Below are positions 1 to 11,415 of a stretch of DNA of 44,314 nt, in pieces. The stretch's first letter is position 1. Every line of letters starts with the position of its first letter. The notes beneath the pieces were generated by a model, which saw nothing but the letters and a program-made list of their open reading frames with translations, was not told the origin of the DNA and ran no database searches. The position numbers and the translations under genes were made by a program. Source of the DNA: a virus (taxonomy: Duplodnaviria > Heunggongvirae > Uroviricota > Caudoviricetes). Where the stretch lies: IMG/VR virus record IMGVR_UViG_2579778807_000004. One strand, written 5' to 3'.

Positions 1-519
1 ATGTTTACATACAAAAAATCAATAACTATCATCATGTTATGCCTATCTGCCGGCATCTCTGGATGTCAATCAAATGCTGATGAGTATGCTGCTGACGTTT
101 ACGAAGCCAATCAATTAAATTCAAAGCAAGAAACTAAAACGGTTAATATCATTTCTGTTCTTCCCGCTAAAGTTGCTGTTGACAACACTGCAAATAAACA
201 AGCAGCTCAAACTTTCGGAGCTATTTTAGGCGCCGTTGCTGGGGGGGTTGCTGGACATAACGTTGGAACCGGAAGTAATCTGGGAACTGCAGCAGGAGCT
301 GTGGGTGGAGGGGCAGTTGGAGCAGCCGCGGGGACACTTGTAAAAGATAAATCTATTGTAGAGGGTGTTTCTTTAACCTACAAAGATGGAACAAAAATGT
401 TTACATCAACCCAAGTGGGCAAATCTTGTCAATTTACCCCAGGTTTAGCTGTTGTCATTTCGACAAAAAATAATGAAACCAGAATTCAGCCTAATGCCTC
501 TTGCCCTGAAAAAGCATAA
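1..519 (+). CDS. SlyB/Pcp-like outer-membrane lipoprotein (glycine-zipper family)
   Basis: Lipoprotein signal with lipobox ISGC; Gly/Ala-rich glycine-zipper stretch (GAILGAVAGGVAGHNVG...AAGAVGGGAVGAAAG) and overall pattern recalled from SlyB. Confidence 0.55.
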   Translation: MFTYKKSITIIMLCLSAGISGCQSNADEYAADVYEANQLNSKQETKTVNIISVLPAKVAVDNTANKQAAQTFGAILGAVAGGVAGHNVGTGSNLGTAAGAVGGGAVGAAAGTLVKDKSIVEGVSLTYKDGTKMFTSTQVGKSCQFTPGLAVVISTKNNETRIQPNASCPEKA

Positions 520-534
520 CACACAGTATCCATC

Positions 535-1071
535 ATGAAAAAAATACTCATAGCTCTTGTTGCTATACCTTTCTCTCTCAGTTTTGCCAGTTCCTTACAA
601 AGTCAACTTGCGGCAGTAGCTGAAGCAGAACAACAAGGAATCGCTGAAGAAAAAAGAGCAAATGACGCATATAAGGAAAATCTAGAGCGAGAAGCCCGTC
701 TGGAGCAGCAACGACGTGCCAGTGCAATTGAAGCACAAAATAGAAAAGCTGCAGCTATTGCTGCAGACAGAAAAGCCGCACGCGAAAAGTTAGAATCTGA
801 AATTAAGGAAGATAAGAAACGAGACATCGCATATGAAAATGAATTACGAAGTTTAGAAATTCAAAAACTAAAATTAGCTTTAGCTCGAGAAGAAGCTCGA
901 GTCAAAAGAGAGAATGATTTTATAGATCAAGAACTGAAGAACAAAGCAGCACAGACAGACATCCTTCAATCCAACGCAGATGCAAATAGAAATATTTCTG
1001 AAGGTGGGAAGGAGCTAATGAAAAGCACTGGAAAAGCCAAAGAAAAAGAAGCTAGTGGAATTTTTAACTAA
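535..1071 (+). CDS. Secreted Ala/Glu/Lys-rich coiled-coil protein of unknown function
   Basis: N-terminal signal peptide (MKKILIALVAIPFSLSFASS) then charged low-complexity helical sequence; starts 16 nt after the preceding gene. Confidence 0.45.
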   Translation: MKKILIALVAIPFSLSFASSLQSQLAAVAEAEQQGIAEEKRANDAYKENLEREARLEQQRRASAIEAQNRKAAAIAADRKAAREKLESEIKEDKKRDIAYENELRSLEIQKLKLALAREEARVKRENDFIDQELKNKAAQTDILQSNADANRNISEGGKELMKSTGKAKEKEASGIFN

Positions 1072-1124
1072 TTTCATTCATGGTTATAATCAGTGCACAT
1101 AAAATATATTCGATTAACAGAAGA

Positions 1125-1158
1125 ATATATAAAAGGCTGTCAACCCATTGGCAGCCTT
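1125..1158 (-). terminator. Rho-independent terminator downstream of tfa
   Basis: Minus-strand hairpin AAGGCTGCCAATGGGTTGACAGCCTT followed by T-rich run. Confidence 0.4.
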
Positions 1159-1165
1159 ACAGCGA

Positions 1166-1759
1166 TCATAAAATTGCGCGAACTTCCGGTGTCATAGGCC
1201 ATTCAATATCCTGTGCAGTTGACGTATCAACACGCTTCAGCAACACCCGATATGTCTTCCATGCCGCCAGTAACGATGTCTCTTCCTCCGTTGCGATTTC
1301 CAGATCTGCAGCATCCTGAAGCGGCGCAATATGCTCACTGGCTACCTGCATCAGGTTGTTTTTTGTTTCTTCCGCCTCCCGGATCCGGAACAGTTTTTCT
1401 GCTTCCGTATCCTTCACCCAGGCTGTGCCGTTCCACTTCTGAAACTCCCCTTCCGGCGATAACCAGGTAACATTTTCCGGTAACGGACCGAGTTCAGAAA
1501 TAAATAACGCGTCGCCGGAAGCCACGTCATAGACGGTTTTACCCCGATGGTCTTCAACGAGATGCCACGATGCCTCATCACTGTTGAAAACGGCCACAAA
1601 GCCAGCAGGAATATCTGGCGGTGCAATATCGGTACTGTTTGCTGGCAGACCTGTATGAGGCGGAATATATGCGTCACCTTCACCAATAAATTCATTAGTT
1701 CCGGCCAGCAGATTATAAATTTTTATGGTCTGTGGTTGTTCACTCATTCTGAATGCCAT
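1166..1759 (-). CDS. tfa: Tail fiber assembly protein
   Basis: Near-identical to remembered lambda Tfa N-terminus ([38 protein letters not shown]...); start overlaps stf stop (TAATG). Confidence 0.92.
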   Translation of the reverse strand: MAFRMSEQPQTIKIYNLLAGTNEFIGEGDAYIPPHTGLPANSTDIAPPDIPAGFVAVFNSDEASWHLVEDHRGKTVYDVASGDALFISELGPLPENVTWLSPEGEFQKWNGTAWVKDTEAEKLFRIREAEETKNNLMQVASEHIAPLQDAADLEIATEEETSLLAAWKTYRVLLKRVDTSTAQDIEWPMTPEVRAIL

Positions 1760-4700
1760 TATGCAAGCCTCACAATATAGTTAAATGCGATGTTTTTGAC
1801 GGTGTTTTCCGCGTTACCAGCAGCGTTAACGGTGATGGTGTGTCCATGTGAGCCAATCGCAACCGAGTGCGTATGAGCACCAATACCGACAGTATGTGCG
1901 TGTGCACCTGCGCTTGCAGCAGTGCCGGACAGTGAGTGGGTATGTGCGCCAGCAGATGATGTTGCATAGTTTTGATTATGCACAACAGACAATCTTGTTG
2001 ATGCACTACCAGCACCGGAGTTAGCACTAGCCGTGTTCACGTTGGCTAGTGAGTGTGTGTGTGCTCCAGCCGAGTTTGTAGAGCCGCTCACACTGTGTGT
2101 GTGTGCCCCGGTGTTATTCGTAGATTTAGTGCCGTAATCAAACGACGATGTGGTTTTCGTACCCAAATCCGTACTTGATGCGCTGGCGCTGTGGGTGTGC
2201 GATTTAATGCCGTCCTGTTCCTGAGACAATACGGCACGACCACTGGCGGGCTTGCCCTTAATCGTCCAGCCACGCATATCAGGGATCACGCCTGACGGAT
2301 AAGCAACTGCAAGTTTCGGGTATGCAGATTTGTCAAAAGTCTGCCCCTGCATCAGGGCATAACCAGACGGAACGGTATCTGATGGCCACGGAATTGGTGC
2401 GCCAACTGGGTAGCTTTCTGGTGGAAGATTTTTCGAGGTATAAACTTCTGCCCAGTCTTCCTCAAAACCATAACCGTCTCTTGAAGAACGGTAGAACAGA
2501 CCACCATTTCTGTAATGCGCCTTCATCTGCAGGGTCCGGCAACTTCCGACTCCGGTATAGAAGTTAACCAGAATATAGCTGTCGCCAGAGCGGGTGACAT
2601 TGTAAGCGCCTGATTCGGCATTCCATGGAACGCCACCATCCGCATCGGCATATGTATCCGTTGCCCTTCTGGCAAAAGCAGCCACATGCGCGGCGGTTAA
2701 AGTAATATCTTTGGAACCATCAAACTCAACACCAGAAACCAGTCTTGGCGTTTGCAGCTTTGTTGCTGTTAATGCATTACCGTTCAGACTTGCGGACAGT
2801 TTGGTTCCAATAACCAGTTCGCCGGTTGCGTTATCAATAGCAAACGGTCTTAATGTATTCCAGCCACCATAAACATCACCTTGATTGGTAAGCAGCAGGT
2901 AAGTTTTAGCGCCATCATTACGCCATAATGCACCATACTCCCCACCTATCATTCGAATCTGATTACCACCACGCGCTACAATTTCGTCTGTGGCAAAAAG
3001 TTTTTTGCACGACAAGTTATCGTTAACGATTAACGAATGAGACTCATAAAAACCACGCCCACTCTTAAAATCAAGGATAACGTCCGCCGCGATACATTCA
3101 GTCGCCGGATTTGTTGCCCCAAACTTATAGGTCGTATCATTAACAACGAGATCAGCACCAGGTGCGGATATTGACAGGCCATCTTCAATAAACGCAAAAA
3201 CAGGGAAAGCAGCGCCATCAACATAGAACACAGAGCGCAAATCATCGCCCTTATTACTCATCATTATTGAGTGAATGGCTCGTTCATTGTTTTGATATTG
3301 CCAGAACATGCCATAAGCATAACGCCCCCTGTCAGTCCAGCCACCAGGCATAACAAATCCGTTAAACTCGCAGTTATTCATCGGATCGCCTGCGGTTCGC
3401 GTTGCCGTGGTGATAATGACTCTTGATGCCAGTTCGCTTACTGAGCCAGCAGAACGCATAACAACAACAGGGTAATATTTTCCAGATGTTGCACCTGCAG
3501 GAGCGTTAACCCGCACATAACGCATACCACGCTTATCAGCAAAGTCTGTTTTACTGACCGCGTTAATGTTGTTCAGGAAGCATCCCTTATCGGGTATATC
3601 AGCGCCGTTCTGGTCTTTCTGCAGACGTTTCTCTGCATTGTCATAGGCTGATTTTACTGCCTTTGGCGTTGCCGCCAGCGTTTCAGACGTACTGTTGGTC
3701 GCACTGCTGAGCTGTACTATCCCCTTTTTCGTCGTACTTGCATCCTCAAGCGCCACGGCGGATGCAATATCCTCTGCCCGTTTTGCCGCTGTCTCGGCGC
3801 GCGTTGCCGCGGATTCCGCCGTACTTTTGCTCTGTGCTGCCGCCGTCGCACTGCCAGCTGCCTCTGTCGCCTTCGTGGATGCTGTCGTGGCGCTGCCCTT
3901 CGCTGCGGACGCTTGTCTGGTCGCCTCATCTTTTGAAGCAGACGCCGATGATGCCGATGACGCCGCCGAACTGGCGGACGATGCGGCAGCCGTTTTTGAG
4001 GATTCTGCGCTGGTTTCCGACGCTTTCGCGTTCGTCTCGGATGTCTTCGCTGCGGAAGCAGACCTCGCTGCTGCGCTGGCCTGTTCAGTGGCTTCGCCAG
4101 CCTTCGTTGTGGCTGTTGAAGCAGACGATGCGGCACTTTCTGCCGATTTTCCGGCGGCGGTGGCACTGGCTGAGGCCTGCCCGGCACTTGTTGACGCGGC
4201 ACTGGCAGACGACGCAGCCGCTGTTTTTGAGCCTGCCGCAGCCGAGGCGCTCTGTCCCGCTGCCGTTTCAGAAGACCTGGCGTTTGTCTCAGACGTCTTT
4301 GCCGCCTTCGCGGAATTGCCTGCCGCCGTTGCCGAGGAAGCGGCACTACTGGCGCTTGATGATGCGTTCGTTTCTGATGATTTCGCTGCCTCTTTTGAGG
4401 CCGCCGCATCCCGGGCTGAGGTGGCTGCTTCTGACGCCTTCGTGGTCGCGGCGGATGCAGAAGTGGCTGCTGATTGTTGTGACGCTGCCGCATTCGTTTC
4501 TGACGTTTTCGCCGCAGCGGCACTGGTAGCTGCCGCGCTTTTTGAGGACTCTGCAGCAGCAGCACTTTTCGATGCTTCACTGGCCTTTGTTGATGCCGTT
4601 CCTGCGCTGGAAGATGCTGACTGAGCCGACGACGCGGCCTGTCCGGCTGACGTGCTGGCTGCGCGTGCTGAGCCTGCAGCATCAGTCGCATGGGTTGCCG

Positions 4701-5121
4701 CCTCACGTGCTGATGTGCCGGCATCGCTGGCTGACTTCTTCGCGGCTGCCGTGTTCTGTGCCACCGCGGACGCGTTACGCGCCACCTCTTCCACCATCAG
4801 TTCAAAACGGCGCAGTGCCTCAGGACGGGCATCATCCTCCGTCATGGCACCGAGAAAATCATTCAGCGTACCGGGTCGGGAATCTTCATACACGGTGATG
4901 GTCCCGGCATGTGACGGCGGGAATCCCTCCACCAACAGAATAACGCTGTACTGCCCGTACTCAACGTCCATGCTGTAACGCCCGGCTTCATCCGGATTTT
5001 CTGAGGCCAGCGTGTTTACCACCACCGTGGTGCTGTTACGTTTTGCTTTCAGCTGGATTGTGCAGTTCTGTACCGGTTTTCCTGTGCCGTCTTTCAGTAC
5101 ACCTGAAATCTTTACTGCCAT
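1759..5121 (-). CDS. stf: Side tail fiber protein (mosaic; lambda-like N- and C-termini, different central domain)
   Basis: [26 protein letters not shown]... matches lambda Stf; long Ala/Ser/Thr-rich repeat; [26 protein letters not shown] motif; C-terminal GAHTHS His-rich repeats. Start set at third codon (ORF track extends to 5127). Confidence 0.9.
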   Translation of the reverse strand: MAVKISGVLKDGTGKPVQNCTIQLKAKRNSTTVVVNTLASENPDEAGRYSMDVEYGQYSVILLVEGFPPSHAGTITVYEDSRPGTLNDFLGAMTEDDARPEALRRFELMVEEVARNASAVAQNTAAAKKSASDAGTSAREAATHATDAAGSARAASTSAGQAASSAQSASSSAGTASTKASEASKSAAAAESSKSAAATSAAAAKTSETNAAASQQSAATSASAATTKASEAATSARDAAASKEAAKSSETNASSSASSAASSATAAGNSAKAAKTSETNARSSETAAGQSASAAAGSKTAAASSASAASTSAGQASASATAAGKSAESAASSASTATTKAGEATEQASAAARSASAAKTSETNAKASETSAESSKTAAASSASSAASSASSASASKDEATRQASAAKGSATTASTKATEAAGSATAAAQSKSTAESAATRAETAAKRAEDIASAVALEDASTTKKGIVQLSSATNSTSETLAATPKAVKSAYDNAEKRLQKDQNGADIPDKGCFLNNINAVSKTDFADKRGMRYVRVNAPAGATSGKYYPVVVMRSAGSVSELASRVIITTATRTAGDPMNNCEFNGFVMPGGWTDRGRYAYGMFWQYQNNERAIHSIMMSNKGDDLRSVFYVDGAAFPVFAFIEDGLSISAPGADLVVNDTTYKFGATNPATECIAADVILDFKSGRGFYESHSLIVNDNLSCKKLFATDEIVARGGNQIRMIGGEYGALWRNDGAKTYLLLTNQGDVYGGWNTLRPFAIDNATGELVIGTKLSASLNGNALTATKLQTPRLVSGVEFDGSKDITLTAAHVAAFARRATDTYADADGGVPWNAESGAYNVTRSGDSYILVNFYTGVGSCRTLQMKAHYRNGGLFYRSSRDGYGFEEDWAEVYTSKNLPPESYPVGAPIPWPSDTVPSGYALMQGQTFDKSAYPKLAVAYPSGVIPDMRGWTIKGKPASGRAVLSQEQDGIKSHTHSASASSTDLGTKTTSSFDYGTKSTNNTGAHTHSVSGSTNSAGAHTHSLANVNTASANSGAGSASTRLSVVHNQNYATSSAGAHTHSLSGTAASAGAHAHTVGIGAHTHSVAIGSHGHTITVNAAGNAENTVKNIAFNYIVRLA

Positions 5122-5131
5122 ATTCACCCCA

Positions 5132-5159
5132 CAAAAAAGCCCGCCTGAACCGGCGGGCT
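5132..5159 (-). terminator. Rho-independent terminator downstream of lom
   Basis: Minus-strand hairpin GCCCGCC-GGTTCA-GGCGGGC followed by TTTTTTGT. Confidence 0.55.
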
Positions 5160-5185
5160 GTCATAACACTGTGTTACCTGGCTAA

Positions 5186-5785
5186 TCAGAATTTATAACC
5201 GACACCCACGATGAAACCGTCAGTGCGCCAGTCACCACTGCCGGAGCCTTCATAAGCAATATCAATGGCCACGGATTCGGTCGGGTTAAACTGCACGCCA
5301 GCCCCCCACGCCAGAGACGTGTTGCTGTGGCGACCGTCATCACTTCCGGTCAGCACATCGTGCTTTTTCCCCTTGTTGTCAGTTACGCGAAGATAATCCC
5401 CGGAGAAAGTCGACACACGGCTGTAAGCCACACCCGCCATCGCATACGCGCTGAACCATTCATTCACGCGCACAGACGGCCCCGCCATTACGCTGAACCA
5501 GCGGTTACGAACGGAATCTTCATGCCAGCGGGTATCGCTGTAACGGGTCAGCTGGCGATTCTTGTCTCCTGCATAGCTGAATGACGTCACCAGCCCCAGT
5601 GTGTCCGTAAACTCATAACGGTATTTCACGTTAATCCCGTTCAGATCATCACTGCCGGGGACGTTCGTCGAGGCATGAAGATACCCCGCGCTCAGCGTGG
5701 ACTGATGTTCAGACGCCCATGCAGGCGCACCGGATACGGCCAGACAAATGGCTGCGGACAAAATTGCTGCACAAACTTTACGCAT
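5186..5785 (-). CDS. lom: Outer-membrane protein Lom (Ail/Lom family)
   Basis: Essentially identical to remembered lambda Lom (MRK.CAAILSAAICLAVSGAPAWASEHQSTLSAGYLHA...GFIVGVGYKF). Confidence 0.95.
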   Translation of the reverse strand: MRKVCAAILSAAICLAVSGAPAWASEHQSTLSAGYLHASTNVPGSDDLNGINVKYRYEFTDTLGLVTSFSYAGDKNRQLTRYSDTRWHEDSVRNRWFSVMAGPSVRVNEWFSAYAMAGVAYSRVSTFSGDYLRVTDNKGKKHDVLTGSDDGRHSNTSLAWGAGVQFNPTESVAIDIAYEGSGSGDWRTDGFIVGVGYKF

Positions 5786-5807
5786 AATTACCTCTCGCTT
5801 TTCTGCA

Positions 5808-5838
5808 ATAAAAAAGGCGTCATTCCTGACGCCCTTTA
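5808..5838 (-). terminator. Rho-independent terminator between J and lom
   Basis: Hairpin GGCGTCAGGAATGACGCC flanked by A/T runs on both sides. Confidence 0.5.
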
Positions 5839-5855
5839 TTGGGGTTATAAATATT

Positions 5856-8800
5856 TCAACGAATACTGATGCCGGAAGCGGCTTTTTTGGTCACAATCAC
5901 CGTACAGTCGGTGATATTGCCTGCCCCCTGATTGCCTTTCTGGAAAATCTTAAACTCCAGAGTGACGCTTCCCCTGCCACTCGGCATATCAATAACTGCA
6001 CTGTAACTACCGGGAATGGCCCCTTTAGTTTCTCTGGATGCGATTAATACGCCGTTTTTGCGAACTTCAAAACCATAACCCGTGTATCTTGTACCTCCCG
6101 GGTTATTACCACTTCCCGGATCGCTATACGCTATTCCGTTAAAGATAATGGGCGGAATAATGATTTGACGGTCAAAGTTATGATCATCGCTGATGGTGAC
6201 TGTAACCGTCCCGTTTGGTGTTTCCGTATTACCCCACGTACCAGCCTGTTTCGGGAATGATTTGGATACAGCTTTAACGAAGTCACCTCTGACCTGAGTC
6301 GCCTCCAGCATGCCCTTAATCGTACAGTTTTCATTTACCGTGACATTGTTGAGCGTCCCGGCGTTCGCATTCACACTGCCACTGATATCGGCATTTTTCG
6401 CCGTCAGCCGCCCGTCCGGTGTCAGGGAAAATACCGGAGGATTACCGCCGCTGGTAATGGTGGGAGCCGTCAGGCGTTTCAGGAACACTTCGTTCATGAA
6501 TATCTGATCGCCCTGCCCAACAAACATCGGCTTTGTGTTGCCATTCGCAGGATTAATCATCGCAATCCTGTCTGCCGCCAGCAGCACCTGACTCTGCATG
6601 CCGTCAGGGGTGTTCTCAATACCGGCACCAATACCCGCGATATAAAGGCGTCCGTCCTGCATCTGCTGCAGCTTCACAGCCCACATGCTGTTCAGGTTAT
6701 TATTTGTATCAACCTGAACCTTCTGTATCTGCTGAATTGCCGCACTCTGGTCTTCCAGTTTCTTATTGACGGTCTGCGTGATTTCATTGCTGACATCCGT
6801 AATGGACGTCCTGATTTCAGCCAGGTCAGGCGCAAGCTGACCGTTATCAATCTGCGTCCACAGCTCCTGAGCCAGATGGGTTTTCCCTATCTCGCCTTTG
6901 AAAAAATCCAGATAACCGGATGCATCATCACTCGGCTGACCAACAGCCTCCACGAATGCCGATTTGCCAACGGTGTTCACACTGCGGATATAAAAGTAAT
7001 AATCATGGCCCGGTTTGATATTGATACTGGCGGCTATCCAGTACAGCGCCGTGCCAAGATAGCGTGCTGTGGTTTCAACCTGCCTGATATCCGCAATCCG
7101 CTTTTCCGAGAACCAGAACTCAAACTGTACCGTCGGGTCATAAACGGCAAGATGCGGCGTGGCGGTTATCTGAAAATAGCCCGGCGTCAGCTCAATCCTC
7201 GACGGTGCTGCCGGTGCGGCAATCCGGAACGATACCGACGCCGGATCGCCCTGCTGTCCCCAGGCATTTGCCGCCCGGACTGTCAGCCTGTAGTTTCCCA
7301 GCGCCAGCTGCGTGAAGCGGTATGTGGTTTCCGTCGTCCGGGCCGTGCTGACCAGCCGCTCACTGCCGTCATCCGCTGCCACGGTCAGGCGAAGCATAAA
7401 GCTCACACCCTTCACCACCTTCGGCGTGTCCCAGCGCGCCAGCACCTGGTATTCACCGCTGTCTGCGGTGACTTCTGCGGTCAGGTGCTGCACCGCTGGC
7501 GGCGTGACACCATTCACCGTGCCGCTCTGGTCGCCGTCAAAGTGCGCCCCGTTATCTACGATGGCCTCTTTTTCCGGTACATGCTGCACGGCGGTGATGG
7601 CATACGTGCCGTCATCGTTCTCACGGATACTCACGCAGCGGAACAGGCGCTGGCGCAGCGTCGGCAGCTTCAGCCCCCATACGCTGTATCCGGCAACGCC
7701 GTCAGGAACACGGCTCACTTTTACCTTCACGCCGTCGGTGACGGACTGGACCTCCACGCTGACCGGATTGCCACTTCCGTCAACCAGGCTTATCAGCGTG
7801 GTACCGGAGGATGGCAGCGTGATTTCACGGTCGAGCGTCAGCGTCCGGGTCTGGCTGTTCACAGCCAGCACGCGCCCGCCGATGCTGATCCCCGCATAGT
7901 CATCATCGCAGATTTCAATAACATCACCCGGCACATGGCGAAGCCCTTCTGCGCCCACGCTGAAGTCCACGGTCTGCGTTTCCAGCAGTTCTGTTTTAAT
8001 CAGCCACAGCCCGGCGCGGTGCGCCTGCCCCCGGCTGGTACAGCCAAAGGCATCCATTTTCGTGACGTTACGACCGTAACGGGCAATGGCCTGCGTGTCC
8101 TCCACAAGCTCTGTCGCCGTCTCCCAGCCGTTATTCGGGTCAATCCAGTTCACCTCAACGGCATTATGGCGGTCCTTCAGGGCGCTGAAGCTGTAGCGGA
8201 ACGGCGCACCATCATCCGGCATCACCACATTACTGCGGTTATAGGTCCACACCTTATCCGACGGTCGGTCCTGCACGAACGTCAGCGTCTGCCCGTTCCA
8301 TACCGGCATACAGCGCATCGCAGAGCAGAAATCACTGAGCACATCCCACGCCTTGCGCTGTGTGGTCAGGTACGCATTACAGGTGATGCGCGGCTCCGTG
8401 CCGCCAAAACCGTCCGGCACCGACTGGTCGCAACACTGGCCGATGACATACAGCGCCCATTTATCCACATCTTCCGCACCAAGACGTTTACCCATGCCGT
8501 AGCGCGGGTGGGTCAGCATATCCCACAGACACCAGGCCATGTTGTTGCTGTATGCTGGCTTAAACGTTCCGTCCCAGATACCGCTGTATTGCCGCGTCTG
8601 CGGGTTATAATTCGACGGCACCTGCAGAATACGCCCGCGCAGATGATAATTACGGCTCACCTGCTGGCTGCCGAACTGCTCCGAGTCCACCTGCACGCCG
8701 ACCAGTGCCGTGTTCGGGTAGCCCTGTTTCACATCGATAATTTCGGTGTATGACGACCAGAGCGTTTTGTTCTGCAGCTGGTCTGTGGTGCTGTCCGGCG

Positions 8801-9353
8801 TCATCCTGCGCATCCGGATATTAAACGGGCGCGGCGGCAGGTTATCCACCACCACAGAGGCCAGGTACTGCGAGGTGGTTTTGCCTTTAATGGTGATGTC
8901 TTTTTCCGTCACCCAGCCACCGTTACGTTGTATCTGAACCAGCAGGCGGACTTCCGATGGATTCCTGTCCCCCTTTGAGGTGGTTTCCACCAGTGCCTGC
9001 ACGCCGAAGGTAAAACGCAGTCGGTCGATGTTTGCCGACGTGATGGTCCGGGTGATCGGCGTGTCGTATTTCACTTCCGTACCCAGCACCGTCTCGGAGC
9101 CGGAGGATTCAAATCCCTCCGGCGGTGTCTGCTCCTGCTCACCGGCCCGGAACACCACCGTGACGCCGGATATATTGGTATTCCCCTCACTGTCCAGCAC
9201 CGGCGTACTGTTCAGCAGCACGCTTTTTAATCCATCCACCGGACCTTCAATCGGCCCTTCGCTGATGGCATCAATCACACTCAGCAGCTGCGTGGATTTC
9301 AGGTTGTCCTTCGCTTCGCGCGGGGTATGCCCCTTACTGCTGCCTTTACCCAT
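5856..9353 (-). CDS. J: Central tail fiber / host specificity protein J with divergent C-terminal receptor-binding region
   Basis: N-terminal ~780 aa match remembered lambda J nearly residue for residue; C-terminal ~380 aa differ from lambda. Confidence 0.95.
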   Translation of the reverse strand: MGKGSSKGHTPREAKDNLKSTQLLSVIDAISEGPIEGPVDGLKSVLLNSTPVLDSEGNTNISGVTVVFRAGEQEQTPPEGFESSGSETVLGTEVKYDTPITRTITSANIDRLRFTFGVQALVETTSKGDRNPSEVRLLVQIQRNGGWVTEKDITIKGKTTSQYLASVVVDNLPPRPFNIRMRRMTPDSTTDQLQNKTLWSSYTEIIDVKQGYPNTALVGVQVDSEQFGSQQVSRNYHLRGRILQVPSNYNPQTRQYSGIWDGTFKPAYSNNMAWCLWDMLTHPRYGMGKRLGAEDVDKWALYVIGQCCDQSVPDGFGGTEPRITCNAYLTTQRKAWDVLSDFCSAMRCMPVWNGQTLTFVQDRPSDKVWTYNRSNVVMPDDGAPFRYSFSALKDRHNAVEVNWIDPNNGWETATELVEDTQAIARYGRNVTKMDAFGCTSRGQAHRAGLWLIKTELLETQTVDFSVGAEGLRHVPGDVIEICDDDYAGISIGGRVLAVNSQTRTLTLDREITLPSSGTTLISLVDGSGNPVSVEVQSVTDGVKVKVSRVPDGVAGYSVWGLKLPTLRQRLFRCVSIRENDDGTYAITAVQHVPEKEAIVDNGAHFDGDQSGTVNGVTPPAVQHLTAEVTADSGEYQVLARWDTPKVVKGVSFMLRLTVAADDGSERLVSTARTTETTYRFTQLALGNYRLTVRAANAWGQQGDPASVSFRIAAPAAPSRIELTPGYFQITATPHLAVYDPTVQFEFWFSEKRIADIRQVETTARYLGTALYWIAASINIKPGHDYYFYIRSVNTVGKSAFVEAVGQPSDDASGYLDFFKGEIGKTHLAQELWTQIDNGQLAPDLAEIRTSITDVSNEITQTVNKKLEDQSAAIQQIQKVQVDTNNNLNSMWAVKLQQMQDGRLYIAGIGAGIENTPDGMQSQVLLAADRIAMINPANGNTKPMFVGQGDQIFMNEVFLKRLTAPTITSGGNPPVFSLTPDGRLTAKNADISGSVNANAGTLNNVTVNENCTIKGMLEATQVRGDFVKAVSKSFPKQAGTWGNTETPNGTVTVTISDDHNFDRQIIIPPIIFNGIAYSDPGSGNNPGGTRYTGYGFEVRKNGVLIASRETKGAIPGSYSAVIDMPSGRGSVTLEFKIFQKGNQGAGNITDCTVIVTKKAASGISIR

Positions 9354-9413
9354 TCCTCACGCTCCATAAACGACAAAACCGCCCGCAGGCGGTTTCACAT
9401 AAAACATTTTGCA

Positions 9414-10061
9414 TCAGCGACCAATCACCACAACCTGACCACCGTCCCCTTCGTCTGCCGTGCTGATCTCCTGAGAAACCACGCGTGACCCCACGCGCAT
9501 TTCCCCGTACAGAACAGGCAGAACATTGCCCTGGGCAACCATGTTATCCAGTGAGGAGAAATAGGTGTTCTGTTTGCCGTTATCTGTACTTGCTGCCGTG
9601 GGCGTCCTGGCTTTCGGTGCCAGCATCTGCGCCACTCCGCCCAGGATCATACTGGCCCCTGCCGCATACATGCCCGATACAGCCGCGGCACCCAGCCAGC
9701 CCACAGGGTTCCACCATGCCACCGCAATCAGCGCCGCCCCCAGCACCACCTGAAACACACCGCCACTTTTAGCTCCCGCCAGACGCGGCACGATGTGGAT
9801 CACGGCACCATTTTCCAGCGGCTCATTCAGACGGGCTGATAATTCGTTTTCACCTGTATCACGCCCGGCAATCCGTATCTGATACCAGCCCTCATTCAGT
9901 TTCTGACGAAACGCCGGGAGCTGTGTGACCAGTGCCCGGATGGCTTCAGCCCCCGTTTTCACACGAAGGTCGATACGGCGACCAAATCGTTGCAAATCCC
10001 CGTAAAGGCAGATGCGTGCCATGCCCGGTGACGCCAGAGGGAGTGTGTGCGTCGCTGCCAT
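9414..10061 (-). CDS. I: Tail tip assembly protein I
   Basis: MAATHTLPLASPGMARICLYGDLQRFGRRIDLRVKTGAEAIRAL... matches lambda I; position between K and J. Confidence 0.9.
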   Translation of the reverse strand: MAATHTLPLASPGMARICLYGDLQRFGRRIDLRVKTGAEAIRALVTQLPAFRQKLNEGWYQIRIAGRDTGENELSARLNEPLENGAVIHIVPRLAGAKSGGVFQVVLGAALIAVAWWNPVGWLGAAAVSGMYAAGASMILGGVAQMLAPKARTPTAASTDNGKQNTYFSSLDNMVAQGNVLPVLYGEMRVGSRVVSQEISTADEGDGGQVVVIGR

Positions 10062-10711
10062 TTGTCGGTGTACCTCTCTCGTTTACTCAGTTGTTCAGGA
10101 ATATGGTGCAGCAGCTCGCCGTCGCCACAGTAAATGGCGGCATGATTCGGCACCGATGAACCAAAACAGCACAGCAGCACGTCGCCAGGCTGCGCCTCTG
10201 TCAGTGGGACACGGTAAAAACCCGTTGCCTCCATATTGTCAAGATAGAGATTCTGGCCGTGACGCCACCAGTCATCCCCGCGATGAAAATCCGGCATCTC
10301 AATTCCCGCCAGATGGTAAGCGTCCCGGAACAGCGTGTAACAGTCCGTCACCCCGTGCTCAAAGCGCCGCCCGGTGAGATGCGGCACACAGCGGAATTTA
10401 TGAATCGCCCCCCGGCAGACCAGCCACCACGGCAAATCACTCTGCACCTGCAGCCGCCGGTCAGCCTCACTCAGCCAGGGCAGACCACCGGGGTGGCTGT
10501 GGACCAGCGCCACAATCTCACCCTGCATTTCTGCCTGCAGCCAGTCTTCCGGCGACATACGGAAATACGCCTCCGGCTCACCGGAGATATTCACGCAGGG
10601 GAAATATCTTTCCCCCTCCGGCGTTCTTACCACGAAGCCGCACGACTCCGCTGGAGCACATCGCCGGGCGTGCGCCAGAATCGCTGATTCTGTCTCTGTC
10701 ATGGGATTCAC
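9959..10711 (-). CDS. K: Tail tip assembly protein K (JAB/MPN plus NlpC/P60-like domains)
   Basis: MTETESAILAHARRCAPAESCGFVV...HSHPGG... matches lambda K; ATGA overlap with L stop; overlaps I by ~100 nt as in lambda; a shorter product from an internal Met (start 10558) is possible. Confidence 0.88.
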   Translation of the reverse strand: MNPMTETESAILAHARRCAPAESCGFVVRTPEGERYFPCVNISGEPEAYFRMSPEDWLQAEMQGEIVALVHSHPGGLPWLSEADRRLQVQSDLPWWLVCRGAIHKFRCVPHLTGRRFEHGVTDCYTLFRDAYHLAGIEMPDFHRGDDWWRHGQNLYLDNMEATGFYRVPLTEAQPGDVLLCCFGSSVPNHAAIYCGDGELLHHIPEQLSKRERYTDKWQRRTHSLWRHRAWHASAFTGICNDLVAVSTFV

Positions 10712-11406
10712 TGCGAAAGTTTGTTAATGGAAAGGAAGCCGCCAAAGTTGCCGACGTTATTGCGAAACTTACAGCCGCTCAGGCATTTGCTGCATTTATC
10801 CTTCGTGATATCGGACGTCGGCTGATCATATTCATCCGCGACCGCCGGACCGTGATAACCGCACTCATCACCGCGATAGGTCCAGGTGCAGGTGTTGGCC
10901 AGCATGATACGTCCCGGAAAAACAGCACCATCCGTTTCCGTCGGTGTGGACAACACAAAGGAGGCACTGACCGCACTCAGTTCGCTGCACTGCTCGATGC
11001 GCCAGCGGCTGATCACCTCCTGCTCCGGATCGGCGTCGCTGTTTCCGTTGACGAAGTTCACCGCATCCAGAAAACGGGCGTAAACCTTACGCCTGACCAC
11101 CGTTCCGCCGACCAGACTCTGCAGGTCTTCCGCCATCCCCGTGACCATGCCGTGCAGGTTAGAAACCGTCAGTGTCGGACGGGCAGCACTGCCCTTGCCG
11201 TTCAGTTCAAATCCCGTCCCCTGAATGGGATACGCCTGATACTGTCGCCCCTGCCAGGTGACCGGCTCACCTTTTTCGTTCTGCTCATTACAGAAAAAAT
11301 AACGTTCTCCACCGACCACTGTCAGATCGATTTCCCAGAGCACCACCTGGGCTGACTGAGTGAGGCGTGTCGTCTCATGATGTGTTTCCTGTGGAATATC
11401 CTGCAT
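10708..11406 (-). CDS. L: Minor tail protein L
   Basis: MQDI.QET...VVLWEIDLT.VGGERYFFCNEQNEKGEPVTWQGRQYQ.YPIQG matches lambda L. Confidence 0.93.
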   Translation of the reverse strand: MQDIPQETHHETTRLTQSAQVVLWEIDLTVVGGERYFFCNEQNEKGEPVTWQGRQYQAYPIQGTGFELNGKGSAARPTLTVSNLHGMVTGMAEDLQSLVGGTVVRRKVYARFLDAVNFVNGNSDADPEQEVISRWRIEQCSELSAVSASFVLSTPTETDGAVFPGRIMLANTCTWTYRGDECGYHGPAVADEYDQPTSDITKDKCSKCLSGCKFRNNVGNFGGFLSINKLSQ

Positions 11407-11415
11407 CAGAGACTC

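Noticed and set aside
3695-4724. Three long overlapping ORFs (309, 335 and 263 aa) on both strands inside stf
   Set aside because: Artefacts of the Ala/Ser-rich low-complexity repeat of Stf; translations are Arg/Pro/Gln- or Ala/Asp-rich junk and lie wholly inside a well-supported gene.
6876-8753. 625-aa + strand ORF antisense to J
   Set aside because: Lies entirely antisense to the strongly supported J gene; Arg/His/Cys-rich composition typical of antisense reading of GC-rich coding DNA; no ribosome-binding site context.
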